Shown piece after piece: positions 6,931 to 14,034 of a DNA stretch of 14,034 nucleotides (the stretch's first letter is position 1; every line of letters begins with the position of its first letter). The DNA is taken from contig JAGGVJ010000034.1 in assembly GCA_021158055.1 (NCBI GenBank), positions 1-14,034 of the forward strand, given 5' to 3'. Under the pieces are notes generated by a model. That model searched no databases. It saw nothing but the letters and a program-made list of their open reading frames with translations, and had not been told where the DNA came from. A program made the translations under genes and the position numbers. Source of the DNA: Candidatus Iainarchaeum sp. GTDB taxonomy: Archaea > Iainarchaeota > Iainarchaeia > JAGGVJ01.

Positions 6931-8805
6931 ATGGCAAAAGAAAAAATAATCGGAATAGATCTTGGAACATCAAACTCTCAGGCATCAGTGTTCATGGGTG
7001 GAAAACCGACAATCATACCAAGTGCTGAAGGCGCAACCGTTGCGGGAAAAATGTTTCCGTCAGTTGTGGCGTTCACAAAAGACGAACAACTTCTTGTCGG
7101 CGAACCTGCAAGAAGACAAGCAGTGACAAACCCGGCCGGAACAATAATGGCTGCGAAAAGAAAAATGGGAACCGACTTCAAATTCGAAGTGCACGGCAAA
7201 AAATACACCCCGCAGCAAATATCCGCATTCATACTCCAGAAAATAAAAACAGATGCTGAAGCATTCCTTGGAGAACCGGTTAAAAAAGTAGTCATAACAG
7301 TTCCCGCTTACTTTAATGACAACCAAAGGCAGGCGACAAAAGACGCCGGAGAAATCGCAGGACTTGACGTAGTGCGAATTATAAACGAACCAACAGCAGC
7401 ATCCCTTGCATACGGCGTTGACAAAGGAGACACAGAACAGAAAATACTTGTATTTGACTTTGGAGGCGGAACACTTGATGTGACCGTGCTTGAATTCGGA
7501 GACGGGGTCTTTGAAGTAAAATCAACTTCCGGCGACACAAAACTCGGCGGGACAGACATGGATGCTGCCCTTGTTGACTACATCGTCGCCGAGTTCAAAA
7601 AAGAAAGCGGAATCGACCTCAAAGAAGACGACATGGCAATGCAGAGGGTCCGGGAAGGAGCTGAAAAAGCAAAAATTGAACTTTCAACTGTTCTAAGCAC
7701 AGAAATCAACCTGCCCTACATTTCCGGCCCAAAGCACCTTACCTTGAACCTTAAAAGAGCAAAGCTTGAGGAACTGGTAGCACCAATCCTTGAAAAATGC
7801 AAAAAACCAATTGAACAGGCTGTAAAAGATGCCAAAATCAAAAAAGACAAGATAGACAAAGTCATTCTTGTGGGCGGGCCGACCAGGATGCCCATAGTTC
7901 AAAAAACTGTTGAAGACATCATGGGCAAAAAAGTAGAAAAAACAATCGACCCCATGGAATGCGTTGCATCAGGAGCCGCAATCCAGGGAGGGATACTTGC
8001 AGGAGAACTGAAAGACATCGTGCTTCTGGATGTCACTCCGCTGACCCTCGGGATAGAAACCCTTGGAGGCGTCTCAACACCGCTGATTGAAAAAAACACG
8101 ACAATCCCTGCAAAAAAATCACAGATCTTTTCCACTGCGGCAGACATGCAGACAGCCGTGACAATCCACGTGGTCCAGGGAGAACGGCCGATGGCTGCAG
8201 ACAACACAAGCCTTGGGACATTCAACCTTGAAGGAATCCCCCCTGCTCCAAGAGGAGTGCCTCAAATAGAAGTCACTTTTGACATTGACGCAAACGGGAT
8301 AATCAACGTCAGCGCAAAGGACAAGGCAACAGGAAAAGAACAAAGCATAGCCATAACTGCTTCGACAAAACTTTCAAAAGACGACATAGAAAAAATGGTA
8401 AACGAAGCAAAAAAGCACGAAAAAGAAGACGAAAAGAAAAAACACGAAATAGAAATCATGAACAACGCAGACACCCTGCTTTACACGTCTGAAAAAACAA
8501 TTGAACAGTTCAAGGACAAAATAAGCGACGAACAAAAGACAAAAATAACCGAAGCAAAAAAAGTCCTTGAAGAAGCAATAAAAGAAAAAAACCCGGAAAA
8601 AATTGAAAAAGAAAGCGAAAACCTTTCAAAAGCAGTGCAGGAAGTCGGGGCCCAGCTATACCAGCAGGCAGCAAGTGAAAGCGCTGCGGCAGAACAAAGC
8701 AAATCTGCAGAAACAAAAACCGAAAAAGGAACTGACGACGAAAAAGTTGTTGACGCTGAGTACAAAGTGAAAGACGACGAAAAGGAAACCAAAGATAAAA
8801 AATAA
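6931..8805 (+). CDS. dnaK: Molecular chaperone DnaK (Hsp70)
   Basis: [82 protein letters not shown] at 6931 chosen because the track's GTG (6922) lies inside the GGTGA SD (6921-6925). Confidence 0.99.
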   Translation: MAKEKIIGIDLGTSNSQASVFMGGKPTIIPSAEGATVAGKMFPSVVAFTKDEQLLVGEPARRQAVTNPAGTIMAAKRKMGTDFKFEVHGKKYTPQQISAFILQKIKTDAEAFLGEPVKKVVITVPAYFNDNQRQATKDAGEIAGLDVVRIINEPTAASLAYGVDKGDTEQKILVFDFGGGTLDVTVLEFGDGVFEVKSTSGDTKLGGTDMDAALVDYIVAEFKKESGIDLKEDDMAMQRVREGAEKAKIELSTVLSTEINLPYISGPKHLTLNLKRAKLEELVAPILEKCKKPIEQAVKDAKIKKDKIDKVILVGGPTRMPIVQKTVEDIMGKKVEKTIDPMECVASGAAIQGGILAGELKDIVLLDVTPLTLGIETLGGVSTPLIEKNTTIPAKKSQIFSTAADMQTAVTIHVVQGERPMAADNTSLGTFNLEGIPPAPRGVPQIEVTFDIDANGIINVSAKDKATGKEQSIAITASTKLSKDDIEKMVNEAKKHEKEDEKKKHEIEIMNNADTLLYTSEKTIEQFKDKISDEQKTKITEAKKVLEEAIKEKNPEKIEKESENLSKAVQEVGAQLYQQAASESAAAEQSKSAETKTEKGTDDEKVVDAEYKVKDDEKETKDKK

Positions 8806-8855
8806 AATCAAACAAAAGAAATGAAAAAGCACCAAACTCAGCAGACGTGAACAAC

Positions 8856-9992
8856 ATGCCAGAAGACTACTACAAAATATTAGGGGTGGAAAAAGGAGCA
8901 ACTCCGGAAGAAATAAAAAAGAAATACCGAACGCTTGCAAGAAAATACCACCCTGACGTCAACCCCAACGACAAAACCGCTGAAGCAAAATTCAAGGAAA
9001 TAAATGAGGCGTTTGAAGTACTTGGGAACCCGCAAAAACGCGCAAACTATGATCAGTTCGGGCAAGCAGGTCCCGGAATGGGCAGAGGCGGGTTTGGAGG
9101 TTTCGGGGGTTTCAACCAGGCAGACTTTTCGCAGTTTGATGACTTGTTCAGCGGTTTCGGTGACATCTTCAACGTATTTTCCGGAGGCAGAAGAAGACAC
9201 GGACCCCAAAGCGGCGCAGACCTGCGGTACGACTTAACCATTGAACTTGAAGAATCGTTCAGCGGAATCAAAAGCAAAATAGAACTGCCGAGAACAGAAA
9301 CCTGCGGCAGATGCAATGGAAACGGAGCAGAACCGGGAACAAGCCTCAAGACCTGCCCTGACTGCAACGGAACAGGAGAGGTAAAACAAACAAGGAGAAC
9401 ACCCCTCGGGCAATTCGTGCACATCACAATGTGCCACAAATGCAACGGAAGCGGAAAAATAATCGAAAACCCATGCAGTGAATGCCACGGGGAAGGAACT
9501 GTACGAAAAACAAGAACCATTGAAATAAACATACCAAAAGGAGTTGACAACGACTCTCACCTGAAAATCTCAGGGGAAGGAGAAGCCGGAACCCGGGGCG
9601 GGCCGTCCGGAGACCTGTACATCGTGATTCACGTAAAGCCGCACAAGACATTTGAGCGGTACGGAAAAAACCTTTACTGCAAAAGAACGATCAGCCTTAG
9701 CCAAGCTGTTCTCGGAAGCGAAATAGAAGTTGACACAATAGAAGGAAAAGCAAAGCTGAAGATACCTTCCGGAACACAAAGCCACACAGTATTCAAGATG
9801 CGCGGGCAGGGAATGCCTGACCTGCACAACGGAAAAAGAGGAGATCAATTAGTCAAAATTGAAGTTCTCATTCCGACGAAACTAAACAAAAAACAAAAAG
9901 AAATGTTTGAAGAGTTTTCAAAAGACAAAACCGACCCTGTTCAAGATACAAAAAAAGGCTTTTTTGAAAAACTCAAAAAAATATACCAATAA
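8856..9992 (+). CDS. dnaJ: Chaperone DnaJ (class A)
   Basis: DYYKILGV, HPD motif, G/F-rich region, four CxxCxGxG repeats, GDLYI. ATG at 8856 is preceded by the SD-like GACGTGA (8844-8850). Confidence 0.98.
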   Translation: MPEDYYKILGVEKGATPEEIKKKYRTLARKYHPDVNPNDKTAEAKFKEINEAFEVLGNPQKRANYDQFGQAGPGMGRGGFGGFGGFNQADFSQFDDLFSGFGDIFNVFSGGRRRHGPQSGADLRYDLTIELEESFSGIKSKIELPRTETCGRCNGNGAEPGTSLKTCPDCNGTGEVKQTRRTPLGQFVHITMCHKCNGSGKIIENPCSECHGEGTVRKTRTIEINIPKGVDNDSHLKISGEGEAGTRGGPSGDLYIVIHVKPHKTFERYGKNLYCKRTISLSQAVLGSEIEVDTIEGKAKLKIPSGTQSHTVFKMRGQGMPDLHNGKRGDQLVKIEVLIPTKLNKKQKEMFEEFSKDKTDPVQDTKKGFFEKLKKIYQ

Positions 9993-10036
9993 TATCAATA
10001 AAAACAAAAAAAATTTAAAAAAAGAAAAAGAACAGG

Positions 10037-10339
10037 TCACCAGACCTGTTCATCTAATTCTTCAGAGCCATAAGTTGAAACAACATCAATCTCGCTTTCT
10101 TCAGGCAATTCAAGCAAAGAAATTTCCCCTATTCCCTGAATATCTGTCTCAACCTGCTCATAGTCAGCTGGAACGGATTCCTGAACCTCTTCCTCAACAA
10201 CAGGTGTTTCATCAGTTAGCTTGGTTGTTTCATCCGCGGGTTGCTGATCAGCCAATCCGTCTGCAGGCGGCTGCTGAATGCACCCGCTAAACAAAAGAAC
10301 AACCGCTAAAAAGGCAAATGCAAATTTTGGATTAATCAT
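10037..10339 (-). CDS. Small acidic putative lipoprotein
   Basis: GAGGTG SD at 10345-10350 (minus strand). Signal peptide ends in lipobox-like LLFSG-C; the mature region is very D/E-rich and low-complexity. Confidence 0.8.
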   Translation of the reverse strand: MINPKFAFAFLAVVLLFSGCIQQPPADGLADQQPADETTKLTDETPVVEEEVQESVPADYEQVETDIQGIGEISLLELPEESEIDVVSTYGSEELDEQVW

Positions 10340-10397
10340 CTAAACACCTCACAATCCCATGTAGATATACAAAAGAATTACTTATATTAATTCTTGT

Positions 10398-11468
10398 CTA
10401 CACTTTTGCACTTGTCTTCAAGCCGACCCGGTTATTTTCTTCCCAGTCGCCTTCTTTGAGTTCAAGGTTTGATTTTGTTTTTACCATGTGCCTGCTTTTA
10501 ACAACCTCAAGATCACCTTGCATTTTTTGCATCAATTCTCTTGACTTTTTAAGAGACTGATTTGCCAAAGCAACCTGATCTGACCCAATGTGCCTCTCCA
10601 TGTTCTCAAGGTTTAAAATCAACTCCCCTGAATCCCTATCCAATTCAGCAGTGTCCTCTCCAACCTTCGTGAATCTATCCTTGATTTTGCCCAGACGAAC
10701 CTTTACTTTTTCCTTGAAGTCATTCACTATATCTCTTAGAGCATCCAAAAAAACATGCCTAAAGTCACGCCAGGCATCTTTTATTTCCCTGTCAACAAGC
10801 TTGACTTCTTCTCTGTCTCCGGATAGCAAGGCAGCTTCCAGTGAAGTTCGCAAATCTTTTAGAGCATCAAATTTTTCATTGACTTCCCCTGTAAACGTGC
10901 CATTCAAATCACGTCTTTCAAGCGCTTCCACTCTTTTTTCAGCAATGCACACATGCAAATCAAAAACAGCCAATGCCACTTCAGAAGCTTCTACTCTTGC
11001 CTGCTCCCGCCAGGCTTTGACTTCATCTTCTACTTCCAGCCTTGCTTCATGCAACGCTTCCATTATCTGCTCTGAAAATGCATCAAGACCCTCGATTTCA
11101 TGCGCTGTTTCCCTGAACTCTGAAATAAGCTCTCTTATTTCACTGATTGACTGCCTGTACGATTCCCTATCAGTAACATCAATTGCATCAAATTTTTCTT
11201 TTGCTTCAGCCATTATTGCTTCAAGCTGCGAAACACTGACATCATTTTCCAAACCGACATTAATTACTGCCTGCATTTCAGCAAGTTTCAGAACTGATGT
11301 TCCCATGTCAAAAAGATGCCTTGCACGCAATATTTCACCGACATTGAGCTTTCCGCAGGATGTTACATTTAAATCCTTTTCAAGCGCGTCAGCCATTCCA
11401 TCTTTTGCAACCGCAAAAGGCACAAGCAGGAACAAAGCCGCTACTACAACCAAACATATTCTTTTCAT
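10398..11468 (-). CDS. Secreted alpha-helical (coiled-coil/helical-repeat) hypothetical protein
   Basis: GAGGTGA SD at 11475-11481 (minus strand). Sec-type signal peptide MKRICLVVVAALFLLVPFAVA; the mature chain is E/K/R/L/A-rich and has no proline. Confidence 0.85.
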   Translation of the reverse strand: MKRICLVVVAALFLLVPFAVAKDGMADALEKDLNVTSCGKLNVGEILRARHLFDMGTSVLKLAEMQAVINVGLENDVSVSQLEAIMAEAKEKFDAIDVTDRESYRQSISEIRELISEFRETAHEIEGLDAFSEQIMEALHEARLEVEDEVKAWREQARVEASEVALAVFDLHVCIAEKRVEALERRDLNGTFTGEVNEKFDALKDLRTSLEAALLSGDREEVKLVDREIKDAWRDFRHVFLDALRDIVNDFKEKVKVRLGKIKDRFTKVGEDTAELDRDSGELILNLENMERHIGSDQVALANQSLKKSRELMQKMQGDLEVVKSRHMVKTKSNLELKEGDWEENNRVGLKTSAKV

Positions 11469-11593
11469 TTCAAATCACCTCAAATTATTTCATTTATAAA
11501 ACTAAAAATTCAACTAAAAATACTAAAAAAGATGTGCACAAACTAGTTAAAAAACGTTTCTCCCTTTATCCGGCTTTATTTTTAGAAAAAAAG

Positions 11594-11653
11594 CTTTATA
11601 ATGCTTTAAAATACTTTAAAAGTAGTTAAAACCCTTTAAATTATTTTAAAAGT
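11594..11653. repeat. Six 10-bp-period repeats (consensus CTTTAAAann) in a divergent intergenic region
   Basis: TTTATA 11595, TTTAAA 11605, TTTAAA 11615, GTTAAA 11625, TTTAAA 11635, TTTAAA 11645. Confidence 0.85.
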
Positions 11654-11739
11654 GGTTGTTTATTTGACCCCTGCAACACCACCTTATTGCAGCCAACGCA
11701 AAGGAAAACCTATTATACACTACAAAATAACATTATAGC

Positions 11740-12468
11740 ATGCGAAACACGAACACGCTGTTCCTTTTGATCAGCATCGTTGTCATTGTCTCATTTGCTT
11801 CCGGAACACAAATAAGCGGGACAACTTACGACTGGATTGAAGAAACCCCCCTTGAATTCACAATAATCAAGGCATACTTTGAAGAAAATCTTGCCGGACA
11901 GGCAGTTTCCGACAAAAACGGTTTCTATTCACTATCGCTTGCAGAAGGCCAATATTTCATAAACGCCCAATACACAAAAAACGGCTCAAAATACAGCACA
12001 GATGAAAACATAACTGTTTTGGGAAACGAAATCGTGTTAGATCTTCTGTTAATAGATGATTTTCCTGAAATAACCAACATTGAAGACCTGCCGCAAAACA
12101 TATTTCCAGACGAATACTTTGCCGAATCAAGCGAACTGGAAGAAGAACCAGTTGTTATTGAACAAGAACCACAAGAGGATAACTTTACACTTTGTGCCAC
12201 CCTCGCAGGCATTGTCTTGTTAAGTGCAATATTTTTGATTTTTGCAAAACACTCTCATTTCAAAAAACCAAAATCGATAGAACTAAGTGACAACACCGTG
12301 CTCTCAATCATACAGGGAAAAAAAGAATGCCTTCAAAGCGACATCGTTGAAAAAACAGGTTTTTCTGAAGCAAAAGTCAGCTTAATCATAAAATCACTAA
12401 TTGAACAAGGGAAAATACAAAAACAAAAAGTGGGAAGAAACAACGTGTTATCACTCAAAAAGCAATAA
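11740..12468 (+). CDS. Membrane-anchored winged-HTH regulator (COG2512-like): signal peptide, carboxypeptidase-regulatory-like beta domain, TM helix, C-terminal wHTH
   Basis: N-terminal hydrophobic signal; ISGTTYD...SDKNGFYSLSLAEGQY beta-sandwich pattern; acidic linker; TM FTLCATLAGIVLLSAIFLIFA followed by basic KHSHFKKPK; LQSDIVEKTGFSEAKVSLIIKSLIEQGKIQKQKVGRNNVLSL wHTH. TATTATAC at 11710-11717 with no SD suggests a leaderless mRNA. Confidence 0.85.
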   Translation: MRNTNTLFLLISIVVIVSFASGTQISGTTYDWIEETPLEFTIIKAYFEENLAGQAVSDKNGFYSLSLAEGQYFINAQYTKNGSKYSTDENITVLGNEIVLDLLLIDDFPEITNIEDLPQNIFPDEYFAESSELEEEPVVIEQEPQEDNFTLCATLAGIVLLSAIFLIFAKHSHFKKPKSIELSDNTVLSIIQGKKECLQSDIVEKTGFSEAKVSLIIKSLIEQGKIQKQKVGRNNVLSLKKQ

Positions 12469-12513
12469 TCTTCCCGCAACCTTTTCAAAAAACAAATTCA
12501 AGGACCGTTACAA

Positions 12514-12882
12514 TCAAAATATGCCTGAAAGCGCAACAATTACCGCGAACAACACATTTGCAACCGCCAGCATTTTCACAGTGACCTCTTTCAGATTTCC
12601 TTTTGACAAAAACACAACTGATAACTGGACTGCAAGGAAACCGATCCACGCAAAAACAAGCCATTCATGCAGACCAAACCTGAAAAACCAAAACCCGACC
12701 AAAGCAAAAACAACACACACTGCAAAAGAAACCCTGAAAAAAATTATCGAATAAAACGATTTTTCTGACTTGCCTTTGCCTGAAACAACAAAAAAAGCAA
12801 TTGCCAAAGCAAAAACCACCGTTGCCAACCCAAAAAATCCGTGAAACAAAACCAGTTCACTCAAAAGACCACCACTGAACAA
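12514..12882 (-). CDS. Small hypothetical membrane protein (about 4 TM helices)
   Basis: Four hydrophobic stretches separated by short basic loops; fills the gap between neighbouring genes. The TTG start is uncertain. Confidence 0.65.
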   Translation of the reverse strand: MFSGGLLSELVLFHGFFGLATVVFALAIAFFVVSGKGKSEKSFYSIIFFRVSFAVCVVFALVGFWFFRFGLHEWLVFAWIGFLAVQLSVVFLSKGNLKEVTVKMLAVANVLFAVIVALSGIF

Positions 12883-12956
12883 AAAATACTGTTTATCGAA
12901 ACATTAATAACATATGTTTTTTAATCACATATTATTTATTAATAAACGGTGAAACA

Positions 12957-13694
12957 ATGGAAAGAGTTCCAACAGGCATTAGCGGGTTTGACGAGCTTAT
13001 AGGCGGGGGATTCCCAAGAGGACGTTCAATGCTAATTTCCGGCGGAACAGGTACCGGAAAAACCATTTTTTGCATCCAATTCCTGCTAAACGGAGCCACC
13101 CAATACAACGAACCCGGGGTCTACGTGACACTTGATGAAAGACCCGGACTCATCAGGGAAGACATGCTTCAATTCGGCTGGGATTTAAGAAAACTTGAAG
13201 ACGAAGGAAAACTCATAATCGTTGACGCCTCAATGGCAAAAATTGGCATACCAAGCAGTGAAGAGTACTCTATTTCAAGTTCGGGTTTTGACCTTGACAA
13301 ACTAATTGTGGAAATAATGAGGGTTTCAAAAGAAATCGGGGCCAGAAGACTGGCCATTGACTCCCTTGCCGCAATGGGTCTACACTTTTCAGACCAGACC
13401 TCAGTAAGGAAAGCAATCCTCAAACTGAACTTCATGATGATGAGAACAAACCTCACCACCCTCGCAACCTCAGAAATACCTGAAGGAAGCAACTTGTTTT
13501 CAAAATACGGTGTTGAAGAATTCGTTGCCGACGGAGTTATCATGCTTCACTACCTTGGAATCGGAACCCAGTCAAACAGAACGCTCCACATCAGGAAAAT
13601 GCGGGGAACCCCCCACAGCGAAGACATCCACCCCCTTGAAATAACAAAAAAAGGCATAAAAGTCCACAAAGTCGACGAAGCCTACGGCATTTAA
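12957..13694 (+). CDS. Single-domain KaiC-like / RAD55-family ATPase
   Basis: GGTGA SD at 12948-12952. ERVPTGISGFDELIGGGFP, Walker A GGTGTGKT, YVTLDE, Walker B RLAIDS, YGVEEFVADGVI, RKMRGT. Confidence 0.93.
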   Translation: MERVPTGISGFDELIGGGFPRGRSMLISGGTGTGKTIFCIQFLLNGATQYNEPGVYVTLDERPGLIREDMLQFGWDLRKLEDEGKLIIVDASMAKIGIPSSEEYSISSSGFDLDKLIVEIMRVSKEIGARRLAIDSLAAMGLHFSDQTSVRKAILKLNFMMMRTNLTTLATSEIPEGSNLFSKYGVEEFVADGVIMLHYLGIGTQSNRTLHIRKMRGTPHSEDIHPLEITKKGIKVHKVDEAYGI

Positions 13695-13799
13695 CCGCTT
13701 CAAGCCAACCTGACTGCATTCAATCTGTTTACATTCAGTGCAAACACTTGCAGCGCCATTACTGCAACGTACTTATACATGAAAGTTACTTAATTTTTC

Positions 13800-14034
13800 A
13801 TGGACGAACACATGGTCGAACTAATCAAAACTTCTTTTTCAAAAATATTCAATGACTTTGGACTAAACCAAGCACGAGCATATGCAACACTCCTTGGAAG
13901 AGGATCAATGAGCGCCTTTGAAATAAGCAAGGAATCAGGGGTTCCAAGAGGAAGAATATACGACACACTAACCGAACTCGAACGAAAAAAACTAATTGAA
14001 TCACAAGAAAGCAACCCAAAACAATTCTTCATAA
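13800..14034 (+). CDS. TrmB-family transcriptional regulator (5' part, runs off the window)
   Basis: Not in the ORF track. Manual translation from ATG 13800 gives MDEHMVELIKTSFSKIFNDFGLNQARAYATLLGRGSMSAFEISKESGVPRGRIYDTLTELERKKLIESQESNPKQFFI, matching the TrmB HTH pattern (A.EIS..SGVPR.RIYD.L..L). Confidence 0.9.
   Translation, partial: MDEHMVELIKTSFSKIFNDFGLNQARAYATLLGRGSMSAFEISKESGVPRGRIYDTLTELERKKLIESQESNPKQFFI

Noticed and set aside
124-9848. Many 60-180 aa antisense or alternate-frame ORFs over rpa, radA, the ATPase, dnaK and dnaJ
   Set aside because: S/F-rich mirror translations of A-rich coding strands, with no motifs or SDs.
10588-11499. 303-aa plus-strand ORF
   Set aside because: Ser-rich antisense shadow of the minus-strand secreted protein, which has the SD and signal peptide.
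11594-11653. Replication origin (ORB/DUE) interpretation of the AT-rich array
   Set aside because: No ORB-like G-string motifs and no cdc6/orc1 in the window; cannot be fully excluded without contig-wide skew.
12401-12754. 117-aa plus-strand ORF
   Set aside because: K/T/N-rich mirror of the minus-strand membrane protein, overlapping the end of the wHTH gene.
12909-12946. Palindromes AACATATGTT (12909-12918) and TTTATTAATAAA (12935-12946)
   Set aside because: Short and nearly all A/T within an AT-rich divergent promoter; plausible by chance.
12957-13694. Circadian clock KaiC or RadB call
   Set aside because: Single domain without the phosphosite pair and no kaiA/kaiB; motifs fit the RAD55/KaiC-like family rather than RadB.
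13790-14032. 80-aa minus-strand ORF in the track
   Set aside because: Antisense to the clear TrmB-family frame starting at 13800.

Overview
Archaeal chromosomal segment, judged from RadA, a multi-OB/Zn-finger RPA, a COG2108 radical SAM protein, single-domain KaiC, TrmB and GAGGTGA/GGTGA-type SD motifs. A DPANN-type host is plausible but only an inference. Gene order: rpa-radA (+); radical SAM (-); an AT-rich AAA_14/DUF4143 ATPase (+) preceded by twin palindromes and an orphan IS200/IS605-like end hairpin; an ArsR/SmtB-type regulator-grpE-dnaK-dnaJ operon (+) with a perfect SmtB/CzrA-like operator on the regulator's start codon; an acidic lipoprotein and a secreted helical-repeat protein (-), divergent from a membrane-anchored wHTH regulator (+) across six exactly 10-bp-phased TTTAAA-like motifs; a small membrane protein (-); a KaiC-like ATPase (+); and a truncated TrmB-family gene (+, missing from the ORF track). 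No rRNA, tRNA or CRISPR array was seen. The best candidates for undescribed biology are the receptor-like wHTH/phased-array/exported-protein module and the SmtB-like repressor heading the Hsp70 operon. Family calls are by motif recognition only; no searches were run.
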